From assembly GCF_006345805.1 (NCBI RefSeq), contig NC_043006.1:1-64000 (forward strand): 64,000 nucleotides of DNA, read 5' to 3'. The notes below the pieces were generated by a model, which saw nothing but the letters and a program-made list of their open reading frames with translations, was not told the origin of the DNA and did no database searches. How positions within the stretch are numbered: position 1 is the first letter of the stretch; each line of letters begins with the position of its first letter. This DNA comes from Octopus sinensis. Lineage: Eukaryota. Below, piece by piece: positions 39,786 through 53,235 of this stretch. The position numbers and the translations under genes are program-made.

Positions 39786-40934
39786 TATCACTAGCGATAT
39801 CAAGATATAACTTTGTATTCTGTATTTTATGTGTAGATGTATATATATAGATGTACATGTAATATGTACACATATATATACACATATATACATGCACAAT
39901 ATATCTACCCATACACACATACGCACACACACACACATACATAGGGGCAGGTGTGGCTGTGTGGTAACAAACTACGTTCAAACACATGGTCCTGGGTTCA
40001 GTCCCACTGTGTGGTGACTTGGCATGTGTCTTCTGCTGTAGCCTCAGACCAACAAAAGCCTGCTCAGTGGATTTTGTACATATATACAGGCATACATACT
40101 TATATATACATGCATACGTACATATTCGGCATAAACACTCTACCACTACTAAAGAAAGTAACGTGTGAACGGGAGATTCCCTACTGACATACCTTTGATC
40201 CTAAATCTGCTCAATCAGAGTTTATCTGCTCTAACCACTGGGCCATGTGCCTCCACTGTAGTGGATAGTAGTTTTCATAATCATTTACCTTTAAGCTGGC
40301 AGAATCGTCACTGCGCCGGACAAGACAACAGCATTTCTTCCGGCTCTTTTCGTTCAGAGTTCAAATGCTTATAGATTGTTAACGCGGTTACACTTGAGTT
40401 ACATTTTAAAAATAGGCTATTAACATCTCTGGCATCGATAAACTAACTCAAGTGAAAATATAAAGGTAAGTTTTGATATCGTTTGAAATACGAAATCAGG
40501 AGAAAGCAACCATCATTTTATAAACGAACGCTTTTAAAAATATGAATACCATTTGCTTGGCTTCTTCACATCTATAAAAGATCTAAGTTTCATTAAGATA
40601 TCTTTGCCAATAGCGTATCATTCTCACAAACCAAGGAAATTAAGACTCATCTCGAGCTTTATTAATAAGGTGGAACTGATGAGTAACCCAAGATGCTACC
40701 CAGCGTTTTGAATTGCATTTTAGCATTGCTTAAATTTTCTCACCGTCTATTAATATTCAAATGAAAATTCCTTAAATAACACATCGAATATTTCATTTAA
40801 ACCGTACCGTCAAGATATTTTAAGATTAACTCTATATATCAATATTATTGTTAGTATTCGAGGTTTTATAATTATCGGGCTTAAATATGGCGAAAAAAAC
40901 AGCAAACTATTCGAAGAATAGAGTGGTAGGTTAT

Positions 40935-41268
40935 TGAGACACTCTTCGGTCATAACTGACCGTGGGATTGCACCTAGAAAGCTACCCTCCCAGGTACAAG
41001 TCCGGGCAAGGTTGTTTATGGAAGACCAGCAGTCGCCCATGCATACCGGCCTCCCCTCTCCACGCCACTAGTGTTATCCAAGAGAAAGGCAAAGGGGCCG
41101 ATACAGCTTGGCACTTGTGACGTCGCAACTCATTTCTACAGCTGAGTGAACTGGAGCAACGTGAAATAAAGTGTCTTGCTCAAGAACTCAACACGCAGCC
41201 CAGTCCGAGATTCGAGCTCACAACCTCACGATCATAAGCTCGACGCTCTAACCACTGAGCCACGCGCT
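40935..41268 (-). mobile_element. tRNA-derived SINE family F
   Basis: GCGCGTGGCTCAGTGGTTAGAGCG head and TTCTTGAGCAAGACAC core shared with family D. Confidence 0.85.
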
Positions 41269-42599
41269 ACTAACATACTTAATGTGGCAAACACGATGAG
41301 GTAGGCATTGTTAAACGATGCTTAAATCAACGAACTTAAAACAAGAGGAAGAAACCCAAATGAAAAATGAAATAATTTGATGCATCGAAGTTTCAGTTAA
41401 TTAAAATAGGAAATAGTTAACGCACAGAATGGAAAACAATTGTCCTTGGCAAACATAGAAATGATTCTCGACATGTTTCTCTCTTAACAGATCTCTTCAA
41501 TAAACCATTGAATAGAAAAGTTTTAACAACAATCTTATGACGTTGATGTATTTCCAAAGTGTAAGAGTGACATACTTGAAATTCAATCGCTGCAAACTGA
41601 ACTTGAAGGCTGGTGACTCATTCGGATTCGCTAAAGCTTATCATTGCGCGCTTAAAGTAATAAAAATTATTTATTTTCATAATGACTCATCTCGTATGTT
41701 TTTTTACAGACCAGATACAACTAGATAGGCCGAGTTTATGACCTCACTGATATTATGAAGTGGTAAGCATTTACGTAAGTAATTTATTCTGGAAACTAAA
41801 ATGTTGTTTTAAGTAGCCATTAAGCCCTTAGCTAATAGAGCCAATAGCTTTTTTTTTTCGCTTTTCTTTTGTTGTTTTTTTTTTCCTTTTTTTTTTTTTA
41901 ATTTTTAGTCGAACGAATCGACCTTAGAACTTATTCCGATGGTATTTAATGCGGGGCCGCTATTTACGGGAACAGTGAGGACAAACACAACACACACACA
42001 CACACACGCGCGCGCATGACAAGCTTCTTTCATTTTCCGTTTACTAATTACACTTACAAGGATTTGGTCCGCTCTAGAATATAATAGAAGACACGTGCCC
42101 TTAGTGCCACGTAGTGGAACTGAACCTAGAACCATGTGGTTGGGAAGCAAACTTCTTACCACACATCCACGCCTAATTACTTTTATCAAATATAAATAAA
42201 AGGACAGGTTTTTATCTAAATAGACAAGCATATATAACTATGTGAAATGTGTATAGTCTACTGTAAAAAAAAAAAAGAAAACGCCTGATGAGCAAGACTG
42301 AGCCTATAAGCAAGAGGTGATGTGACAAAAGATTATTAAAGTCGTAGATTTTTAGCAACATATTATTTGCAGTATTTAATTAAAATAGCCCTCTATGTAT
42401 CATACTCAATGTATATATACACTGTTGAAAGGCCAGTTATACTCGTATTTGTACCAAGATAATATTTATGGACCCACTGTGTTAAAAAGTATAAATATCA
42501 CAGAGATGAAAATTCGTCCCAGCAGCAGCAGCAGCAGCTAGTAAGAGCACTAGATGCATTTCAGCCTTTCTGTTGGGCCTTTTCAGTGGTGCATACCTG

Positions 42600-43036
42600 T
42601 AGTCCAGAAGCTGGCTACCCGCATGGTTCATGGTCTCAAGCATTTGTCTTATGAAGAAAGGCTGAAGATGCTCGACCTTTATTCTCTAGAAAAACCACGA
42701 CGCCGTGGTGATTTCATTCTTGCTCACAACATCATAAGCGGAAAGTGTAACCTCTCGAAAGAGCTGTTCTTCACTCCTGCTCCAGAGCATCAGCTGCGGG
42801 GTCACTCCGAAAAGCTCTATCTACGACGATTTCATCTCAATCGAAGGAGAGGAGCTTTTTCCGTCCGGGTTGCGGATCTGTGGAATAAGCTGCCGGACGA
42901 GATGGTGAAGATGCCGACGACCGCTTGGTTCAAAGTCTTCCTTGACCACAAGTGGCCTGAACTCTTTACATGAACACCACCCTGTACATAACTCCATGCC
43001 CCCCTACATGGCCTTGCTTATTGCTTTTTAAGCCCA
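42600..43036 (+). mobile_element. 3' fragment of the (AACT)n-tailed LINE
   Basis: Collinear with 6633-7085; ORF 42554-42973. Confidence 0.9.
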
Positions 43037-43184
43037 AAAATTAACTAACTAACTAGCTATCCAAATACTACGACAAAAATTTGTCATCTCTGATATAAGA
43101 AAAAAAAGGGATAAAACATAAACCTATGTTGCGAGTAGTCGTCCAGCTGATTAAAAATTTGGTATACGCAACTGAAAAAGTATC

Positions 43185-43650
43185 TAATTAAAATAGTCAT
43201 CTATGTACTATACCTAATGTATATACACTGTTGATAGACCTGTTACAATAGTATTTTTCCTGAGATTACATATCTTATAGACTTTCTGAATTGACAATAT
43301 AAAAGAAAAAGGCAATAACTATCAATAACTATCAGAGAGTTCGACAAAAATTCGTCCCAGTAGCAGCCAGTGAAAGCATCAGATGCCGTTCAGCTTTTTA
43401 GAGGTCTTTTTCAACGGGGGTCGCGCTATTGGAAAAGGCCCGAAAAGGCCGAAAAGCATCTGGCGCTCTCGCTGCCCGCTGCTGATACGGATTTTTGTTT
43501 CACTCTCTGATATTTATTTATATGTATTTATCTATTTGTTTTTTAACACGGTTAGTCCATAAGAGATGTCATCTCATGAAAAACACTGCAGTAACAGGTC
43601 TATCAACAATGTGCATATATTACGTATGATACAGGGATTGTTTATTTACT
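43185..43650. mobile_element. Old palindromic MITE-like element; second copy at ~42375-43100 interrupted by the LINE fragment
   Basis: CACTGTTGATAGACCTGTTAC / GTAACAGGTCTATCAACAATGTG and further matching blocks around a centre near 43420. Confidence 0.6.
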
Positions 43651-44360
43651 TATTTATTTCAGTAAGCGATGTTACTGACTCTAGCGCGAATCTTAGCTAA
43701 CATTAGTATTATTGGTATCCATTCTCTGTCTCTCTCTCTCTCCCTCTCTCTTCCCATCTTTCTTTCTATCCCTACCTCTCTCTTCTTCTTACTCTCTAAA
43801 AGGTCGTCTGCTCAGTCGTCTGACAAAACTTACCCACACAACATTCATCAACTGTATTACGTCATGGTTTCATTCATTGTTGGATTATCAAAGGGGAAAT
43901 ATATATCTACCAAAAACACTGCACAACGACGACACACATATTTGATTCTCCTCTCAGAAGTGATGCGACTCTTAGACAATAAATAATTTGAAGTATTACG
44001 AAAAAAAAAAGTAAATGAATAAAGACAGAAAAATATCTTTAAATTGAACTAAAATATAACAGAGGTTAATGCGGCATTTTAATCAACCGTCTTGATATGT
44101 ATGAAGATTCCCGATACGTGAAATAAAGATGAAAATTGCTTAAGCGGCAACTTAGCAAAAAACAGAGAACATTAAAAATTGAAAGTCAATTATGAACGTT
44201 ATAATACCCAGCTATACCCAATGCCAATTTGGTTGGGAAAAATATCCATTGCCTTATATATAGAAGTCAAAAATAAATTGATCATAAGTCCATTTTATCG
44301 ACCATTTATCTCTTTTCTGTTATATTTTCGTTATGGCATTCGTCAAGGCAATAATGATAA

Positions 44361-44746
44361 CTAGCTGGACCCGTGAAAAATTCACGGAAAACTTTAAAAA
44401 TGTATTTCGTTTTTGGATTTGGTTTGCAAGATTCGTGTGTTGAAGCATATTCTGTTGTGTCTGCGGAGAGTCATTTTCTTTTTGTGCTTTATAATATAAC
44501 AAACTCACCGGTAAAACTTCCACTTTTTTTTCTTATTTTTATTTTCCTAAAATTTTCGTTGAGTCTTGCAACCTTTTCAATAGTCTTGAAAAGACTATTG
44601 AAAGGGTTACAAAACTATTGAAAAGGTTGCAAGACGCAACGAAAATTTTAGGAAAATAAAAATAAGAAAAAAGTGGAAATTTTACCGGTGAGTGTGTTAC
44701 ATTATAAAGCACAAAAAGAAAATGACTCTCCCCAGACACAACAGAT
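44361..44746 (-). mobile_element. Helitron-like 3' end with an internal ~135-bp inverted repeat
   Basis: Minus strand ends with hairpin CCGTGAA-TTT-TTCACGG, then GTCCAG, then CTAG|T. Inverted repeat 44452-44588 / 44612-44746. Confidence 0.6.
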
Positions 44747-45021
44747 TAAAAAATATTAGCATCTGTAAATAGTGTACTGGTGCCATGAGAAATGTTTGCA
44801 TATTATGACCGTCTGTCTTTACGTTCTGAGTTCAAATTCTTCCCGGGTCGACTTTGCCTTTCGTCCTTTCGGGGTCGATAAATTAAGTACCAGTTGTGTA
44901 ATCCAGGCAAAATATCTCAGTTATGCAAACGTAAACAGAATTACTATTTAGACTTAAAATACATCGTAGATATTCCAAAGAACCTCCTTGGTTTAGTGGT
45001 ACGAAACATTCTTCTGGTATT

Positions 45022-45294
45022 CTCTTATTCTTTTACTTGTTTCAGTCATTTGAAACAAATGTTACTTACTTCAGTCATTGGCCACGCTGGAGCACCACAC
45101 TTTAGTCGAAGAAATTGAGCCCTGGAATTATTCCCTATAAGCCTGGTGCTTATTCTATCAGTCTCTTCTGCTGAACAGCTAATTACAAGGACGCAAACGC
45201 ACCAACATCGGTTATCAAGCAATGGTGGTGGTGGTGGGACAAACACACACACTCACACAAACATACATATATACATAAGTACATACATACATAC

Positions 45295-45366
<72 letters not shown>

Positions 45367-45372
45367 CGGGCT
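45022..45372 (-). mobile_element. Family B SINE, 3' half
   Basis: Tail, 3' half and TA linker up to GACGGGCTTC. Confidence 0.75.
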
Positions 45373-45411
45373 TCGAGGTAGTGCGATTATGACAACGTAT
45401 TGATTGTCCTA

Positions 45412-45450
<39 letters not shown>

Positions 45451-45477
45451 CATACATACATACATATATATATATAT

Positions 45478-47000
45478 CCTTAAAATCCTTAAAATCCTTA
45501 AAAATGTTTTAGCCCGAAGGCCGCGGCCATGCTGGGGCACCACCGCTGAATGAGCTACACTAGTTTGTGAATCCACCTCTGATACGTGGCACTTGATCAA
45601 CAAGGGAGTTCGATGCTGCTGCCCGCATCCGTGTCTCCTGTCGTGAGGTAGGTTCATCTGGGACTCCCAACAAGAAGAGATCCAGTTTAGTTTTAAAGAA
45701 ACCCACATCCACACCATGTAAGTCTCTCAGGCATTTAGGGAGGATGTTAAAGAGCTGTGGTCCTCTGAAACCCAAGCTGTTGCAGTATCTGGACCTGTAT
45801 TTTGATGGTGATGTTGGAATCCTTGGCACCACGCAGCGGCGCCCCGTTCTGCGGTTGGAGTAACTTTGAATGCCAAAGTTTGGGACAAGACCCTCCAGGA
45901 TTTTCCAGATGTATATCACTGCATATCTCTCCCGCCTCCGCTCCAGGGAGAAGAGGTTTAATACCTTCAGTCTTTCCCAGTAGCTGACATTTTGCATTGA
46001 GACGATTTTCTTTGTGTAGCTTCTCTGAGTTGCTTCGAGTTCTGCTGTTTGTTTTATATTGTGTGGTGACCAAAGTTGGGAGCAGTAGTCCAAGCGGCTA
46101 AGGACGAATGTTTTCCATAGGACCATCAGTGTCTCCTTCTCTCTTGTTCTGAAAGTTCGGAGAATCCATCCAGCTAGCCGTCTGCATTTTATCACCAGAT
46201 TAGCAATATGCATTTGGAAAGATGCATCATTGCTCATGTCAATGCCCAGGTCACGCACTGATTTTGACTCAGGGATTGCAATTCTTCCTGGGCCAGTGTA
46301 TCCAGTCTTCACGTCATTTACCTTTGTGTGCCAGTAGCGCAGGGCCTGGAACTTACCTGCATTAAACTGCATGTTGTTGTCCTCAGCCCACCTGTATATT
46401 GTGTCCAGCTCATGTTGCAGATGCGCAATATTTTCAGTGTTTTGTATTGCGTGGGAGACTTTTGTGTCATCTGCATAGCTAGCAAGGGTGGTCATCGTAG
46501 CAACTGAAGGCATGTCTGAAAGGGCCACTATGAACATCAGTGGCCCCAAGACAGTGCCCTGTGGGACACCGCTTGTTATTTGCGTTTCCTTGGAGGTGGC
46601 TCCATTGCTCACAACTGCCTATTTTCTGTCTTTTAGGAAGTTGTGCAGCCACTCTCCAAGTTTCCCGCCTATGCCGAGACCACGCAGTTTGTGACAGATC
46701 ATACCATGGTCGACTTTATCAAAGGCTTTTGCAAAGTCGAGATATATTACATCCACATTTGAGCCATTTAGTAGCTGTTTCAACACCCAGTCATAGTGTT
46801 GCAGGAGCTGTGTTAGGCAGCCTCTACCTGGTCGAAATCCATGCTGGGTGTCAGACAGTAAGTCATTTTCTTCAAGGAACATGATTAGTTTCTTACGGAC
46901 TATTCGTTCCATGACTTTGCTGATGTGTGAGGTCAGAGAGATAGGCCTATAATTTTTAGCATCTGCTCTACTACCTCCCTTATGGATAGGGCATATTACC
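45478..47000 (-). mobile_element. 5'-truncated CR1/L2-group LINE with (TAAGGATTT)n tail
   Basis: NYRPISLTS, QHGFR, YLDFAKAFDKVDH, SGVPQGTVLGP, YADD and SRLDYCSQLW in a single frame (45560-47000) with one internal TAG at 46619-46621. Confidence 0.93.
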
Positions 47001-47236
47001 CCTATGGTATCCCCTCTCTCTGCCTGTAACCTGTCATTCTAACAGCACCCTCCTCGGACTTTTCCAGGAAGTCCTTACCCCCTCCTCCCCTTTCTCCTGT
47101 TCACAGAAAGTTCGTGCTCCCCTCCCTCCTCCTCGAAATTTTCCAGGAACTCCCACTCACCCCTCCTCAGGCTTTTCCAGGGAAACCTTCCTCCCCTCCC
47201 TCAGACTTTTGCAAGAAATCCTTCCTTCTTTTCCTC

Positions 47237-47279
<43 letters not shown>

Positions 47280-47361
47280 ACGTCGTCCGGAAGGTGATTT
47301 ATTCCTCTATTTTTATATTCGAGGGCTCCTTCTTTTGTTGTCATTTTATTATTATGAATAT

Positions 47362-47428
<67 letters not shown>

Positions 47429-47770
47429 ATATATATATATATATGTGTGTATAATGTGCGAGAAGGGGATAATTCCTGGAAAATTCTGAGGAGGAGAGAG
47501 CGGATATGGACTCCCTGAAAATGTCCAAGGAGAGGAGGAAAAGGAAGAAGGATTTCTTGCAAAAGTCTGAGGGAGGGGAGGAAGGTTTCCCTGGAAAAGC
47601 CTGAGGAGGGGTGAGTGGGAGTTCCTGGAAAATTTCGAGGAGGAGGGAGGGGAGCACGAACTTTCTGTGAACAGGAGAAAGGGGAGGAGGGGGTAAGGAC
47701 TTCCTGGAAAAGTCCGAGGAGGGTGCTGTTAGAATGACAGGTTACAGGCAGAGAGAGGGGATACCATAGG
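47001..47770. repeat. 241-bp inverted duplication around microsatellites and an AT-rich element end
   Basis: 47001-47241 is the near-identical reverse complement of 47530-47770. Confidence 0.92.
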
Positions 47771-48210
47771 CGCAACCGATGATGCGCTGATGAGGACGTC
47801 GGTTCTGTGTTCGACATCGAAAGATGAACGGGGTGGGGGAGTACTATTGGAAAGAAGAAACCCACTGTACTGAGAAAGAGGGTGAGTTGCTATGAGCAGA
47901 GTCTGAAAGGAGAAGCCAGGACAGATGGGTAGAGGAGGACATTTTGATACCATGGCGAGAAGAGGCGACGAGCGGTGTGCTGTGGTGGGTGGTAGTGGTT
48001 CCGCCGACGAAGGTTCGACTGGTGCTGGGCTTCAGAGAGTTGAACGAGCACGTGTCCTGCCAGGTGTGTGTGGAGAAACCTTTCGGGAGTGGGGGCGAAT
48101 GAGGGGAGTGACTATGATCGTCGACCTCATGTCAGCTTATCTGCAGGTCCACGTGCCAGAGAAACTGTGGAGGTACCAACTAGTGAGGTACAGGGTCAGA
48201 ACATACTGCA
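47455..48210 (+). mobile_element. LTR-retrotransposon remnant with RT fragment
   Basis: TG start and purine-rich leader. MIVDLMSAYLQVHVPEKLWRYQLVRY resembles the RT DLxxAYLQ motif. Confidence 0.55.
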
Positions 48211-48528
48211 GAACTAAGGGGGTTAGTCGATTACATTGCCCCCAGTGATTGACTGGTATTTGATTTTAGCGACCCGAAAGGATGAACGGTAAAATTAATA
48301 TCTATCGGATTTGTACTCATTTCTTCTGATGTAAAAAGCATTGGCGGGAATGTTGCTAATCATCTTGTCCGACGCTCAAACGATTACAAAGACTTAAAGA
48401 ATGCAAAGACAGAAAGAAATCAAAAATGATAATCTAAAAGTGAACGTTGTACATAAACTGTTTGAAGACAAATAGCCATTCTCTGACGTTCAAAGAATGA
48501 CTATTTTTAAATTGAAACAATACCAGCT

Positions 48529-48581
<53 letters not shown>

Positions 48582-48816
48582 CAAATTTTCAGTCTGAAAA
48601 AGGCAAAATGGTTATCTTCTAAAGCAAAATATTTTGTATACAACTGCGTTTTAATAGCAGGTGGAGAGACTTGCTTAGGATGAATGTCATCGTGTCTTTT
48701 ACTCTCTCTCTCTCTCTCGCTCTCTCTCTTTCTCATTCTCTTGGTCTCGCTCTCCGTACTCATACATACGTGCGCGCACGCACGCACACATATGCATACA
48801 TACTTTCTCGTCTGTA

Positions 48817-48851
<35 letters not shown>

Positions 48852-48895
48852 ATACCTAAATGTATATATAAACGAAAAACCTATATGTATATATC

Positions 48896-49014
<119 letters not shown>

Positions 49015-49855
49015 TGTATGTATGTATGTATGTATGTATGCATGTATGTTTATATATTTGTAGGTTTAGTATTTCTTCTTGTGTTTGTTTTGTGTTATTT
49101 TGTTTTTGTAATAGCCATTTATTTCATTCTGTTTCCTCAGATATTTTGATCAGATGTCATGGTTGCCGTAGCGTCGACAATTTATCAGATGAGAGGAAGG
49201 TGTAGATGGCATCTGTTTGACTTGGATTTCCTGTTTCAAGCGAGGAGTATATACTTGAAGCTGTCTTCAGGTAAGGTCGAATGCAAAAGAGGGCAGCTAT
49301 CACACCTTTGTATGATCTGGTACCGGAAGTACTTCCTGTAATATTTTGTTTGTTTCTTTTTCGCCAGTTTTGCTCTTTATGCGAGACAGTTTGTCGGTGT
49401 CAAATACGAACAAATGCCACATATATGAAAGAGTTTTGTTTTCTTTTTCTTCTCTAAAATATATACCTTGGTATAAATGATTTTTTGTTGTTGGGGTTGT
49501 TGTCGTCTGTGTAGATGTTCACACCCAATTTTTGTTACTGTTGTTGCTTTGGCTACTGATGTTGATTTAAATACAATAAATGTAAATAGCAATTATAAAA
49601 AAAAATCAAACGTCCAGAAAGCAGCGAAAAAGCCAAATATAAAATATTATGTATAAACGGGGAAATAAACGAGCCACTTTATTAGTTTTCTTCTATTAAA
49701 CAGAAGAGGGGTAATCGGAGGCGAAGTCGAGTGTGCCATCCAAGTTCAGCGCCGTGGTTCTATCAAACTCAACCAATTACTAACTAGTTCACTGGAATTC
49801 TGACAGTGTAAGAGACGAACAAGCGACTCTCTGTACCACTATGTACATAAATTAT

Positions 49856-50240
49856 GGAGGCGCAATGGCCCAGTGGTTAGGGCAGCGGACTCGCGGTCGT
49901 AAGATCGCGGTTTCAATTCCCAGACCGGGCGTTGTGAGTGTTTATTGAGCTAAAAACACCTAAAAGCTCCACGCGGCTCCGGCAGGGGATGGTGGTGATC
50001 CCTGCTGTACTCTTTCACCACAACTTTCTCTCACTCTTACTTCCTGTTTCTGTTGTACCTGTATTTCAAGGGGCCGGCCTTGTCATTCTCTGTGTCATGC
50101 TGAATATCCCCGAGAACTACGTTAAGGGTACACGTGTCTGTGGAGTGCTCGGCCACTTACACGTTAATTTCACGAGCAGGCTGTTCCGTTGATCGGATCA
50201 ACCGGAACCCTCGTCGTCGTAACCGACGGAGTGCTTCCAC
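49856..50240 (+). mobile_element. tRNA-derived SINE related to family A (longer 3' part); head-only copy at 52485-52592
   Basis: GGAGGCGCAATGGCCCAGTGGTTAGGGCAGCGGACTCGCGG head and AAACACCTAA..GCTCCACGCGGCTCCGGCAG block. Confidence 0.85.
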
Positions 50241-50355
50241 TCCACATCAAATATATGTTAAGTGACCAGATCATCTTTTTTGTTTTCGCCGTTGCAAATC
50301 CTTATTTTACGCCGATATATATCAGCGAAGTATACGCACGCGACGCACACACACT

Positions 50356-50387
<32 letters not shown>

Positions 50388-50599
50388 CACATACACACAC
50401 ACAACACACACACACAACACACACACAACACACACACAACACACACACACACACACACCACACACACACTCTCTCTCTCTCTCTCTCGCTCTCTCACATA
50501 CACACTTATATAAATACATACATACATACATGCATACATACATACATACATACCTACATACACACTCGCATACATGAAAAGAGTATTTTCTACAAAATT

Positions 50600-51460
50600 A
50601 AGTAAAAAAAACAAGCCACCAGATACGGTATTAAAAGCTGTTAACGAAAATGGCGAGGATTATTGACAGCAGTTTAATTAATCCTCATTCTGGCAGATTA
50701 ACGCCTGTCTCTACGTCCTGTCTACAACTGCAAAGCAGTATATATGAACGACATTCAAAAAGTGAACAAAACCGAAACAACGAAGAAAGCGCCATCATGG
50801 CTTTTGAAGACAGAGAAAAAAAATGGCTCATTTATGGAAGACCATCAGTCATGTAATGATGCCTATTGCGTGCAAACAAATCACTATATGTCTCACCAAC
50901 AAAAATTGAAGAAGGAGATAGAATTGAAGTTTGGAGATAGCAAAAAGAGGGCACTCGCTTGCAAACTGACCACCCTCAAGTAGGAGTTAAAAGCTTGCAG
51001 TGAGAAACTCCGACATCAGAAGAGAATAACCGAGAAAAAAATAATAAACAAAAAATTTAACTGGAACCAGACATCATTATATAGAGACATGAGAGGAGGA
51101 GCAATGGCCATCAAAGAAGCTCCTTCACGAGAAGACACAGGCTCCTTCTGAAGGAAAATCTGGAGTGAAGAGATAGAGTTTAACCAAGATGCTCTGTGGC
51201 TGGAAGAAATTCTAAGAAGTTATTGTCCCTGCATTACACCCAAGACATACATCATCGATGGTGATACCCTTGCAACTGTGATCTAGAAACTTCAGAATGG
51301 AAAAAAACACCCGAGAGACTTAATTGTTGAATGGTGGTACAAGAAACTAACCTTCTACCGACCATATCTCATCAATCTGCACCAACGAGTTCTCAATGGG
51401 AACGGTAGCATTACACACTGGTTAGCTCTGGCAGAGACAAAACTGGTCCCCAAATGCAGA
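50600..51460 (+). mobile_element. RLE-type (R4/Dong-like) LINE remnant, N-terminal RT region
   Basis: F*RKIWS...NQDALWL, WYKKL and HWLALAETKLVPK resemble R4-type pre-RT motifs. Confidence 0.6.
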
Positions 51461-51599
51461 ACCCCTATTGCAACAGTTGTCGTTTTTGATGTTACTGGTT
51501 TCGTTATTATTATAATTGTTAAAAAGATAAACATATAAAGAGCAGCTACGGGTAGTAAGCAACGAAATTCTTACATTCTCTCAATTTCCGCTTCATGGT

Positions 51600-51860
51600 C
51601 CCAGTAAACAAAATGGAAAAGGTGTTGTTCCGAAGGATGGCGAGGGAGATGCACTAGAACAATTACTCATCTGGCGGATAGCCATATCCGTCCCGATATC
51701 GGTGAGCAAAGAAATGGCCCGGGATCGAGGATGCCCGAGGTCTCCATTGCCACAGGCTCAACCACAGACCTGTCAAGAGAGCGATCGATGCGCCATGCTG
51801 GCCTCATATTCCTCCATGAGCCTTTAGAAAGCAACATAGAGTTACTCCCGCCTGGCCCCA
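51600..51860 (-). mobile_element. RLE C-terminal remnant (CRE-like LINE)
   Basis: EPVAMETSGIL..P, followed by ISLAILRNNTFSIL. Confidence 0.5.
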
Positions 51861-52033
51861 TTCTAATTATTCTTTACGAAAATAAATATTTCGATGGTTC
51901 ACTGCTAACCCAATATGTTTGTTACAGGATGTTATTGAAAGTAATCAAAGAACAGACGAAACGACATATAAGAACTTAATGACATTACTAGGTCTGTGCA
52001 AACAATTTAATTTGTAGTGCTGGAGAGAGAGGG

Positions 52034-52082
<49 letters not shown>

Positions 52083-52969
52083 TGGGAGTGAGGAAAGCGC
52101 CGAAAGCAAAAAGGAAAAGGAAAGAAGGAGAAGAAAATAAGAGAGCGAGAGAGCTTTTTGATTTAGTTCAAAAGATTAATGTAAATAGTAGTAATGGTAG
52201 TGTTGTTTTGGAAAAATCTGCTCCATGCAGGTCACAAATAGATTCGATATCTATTATTAATAATAACGAGATATTATTAATAACTGACGAAACGCATTTG
52301 TTTCATTGGAGACAAAACAGCGTACGATAACCGCCAAAACTGCCGCCTTCAACTGTCGTACAGCCCGGCTTTCCGAACGAACTTCCAGTTCGCACTGAAT
52401 AACATGCCTTACTTTCTAACCTTTAGCAACTGAGAACTATTTCCTTTAACAATGCACTAACCTTATCTAGTGTTACCGCCATAGAGAGGCGCAATGGCCC
52501 AGTGGTTAGGGCAGCGGACTCGCGGTCGTAGGATCGCGATTTCGATTCCCAGACCGGGCGTTGTGAGTGTTTATTGAGCGAAAACACCTAAATTTCGGGT
52601 TTCGATTCTTATGCTATTTTATTTGCATTTATTTTTATTTGAATATATGGAGATGGAATGTTCAAGGATTAATTGATGGTCAAGCGATGTAAGTTGGTCA
52701 GAGAGAAATATATTTCCAAGACGTACAAACAGGATAAGAAATTTGTATGTGCGCCTGTGTGTATGTAGGTGTGTGCGTGCGTTTGTGTGTATGTGTGCGT
52801 GCGTGTGTGTGTGTGTGTGTGCATATGTGTGCGCGCGCATGTGTATGTAAAGGCGTTTGGCCTAATGGTTAGAGCGTTGCACTTATTATCGTAAGACCAT
52901 GGTTACGATTACTGGTCCAGATTGTGCGTCGTGTGTTGGAGCCAAACACTTCCTTTCACACATTATTTA

Positions 52970-53235
52970 GATTATTTACATTTTGACGGATATTTGTCCT
53001 CACCTTGTTTGTTGTGTACCCTCCAGCCTTCATCAGGTGTCTAGGAGAAAATTCGAACCTGGGTTCTCATTCCTAAGGTATTTTTTCGATGCTATTATTA
53101 TTATTATTATATTATTATCATTATTATTATTTTAATTTTTTTTTTATTATTATTATTATTAGGTCACTGCCTGGAATCGAACTCGGAATCTTGGGGTTAG
53201 TCGCCCGCACTCTTAACCACTACGCCATATGCCCG
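52970..53235 (-). mobile_element. tRNA-headed SINE with (AAT)n linker and a CTGATGA-containing 3' part
   Basis: GGGCATATGGCGTAGTGGTTAAGAG...GAGTTCGATTCC head. ACACCTGATGAAGGCTGG on the minus strand at 53023-53040. Confidence 0.7.

Noticed and set aside
45560-46612. 350-aa ORF as a functional or domesticated RT gene
   Set aside because: It is a 5'-truncated LINE with an upstream in-frame stop and no endonuclease domain.
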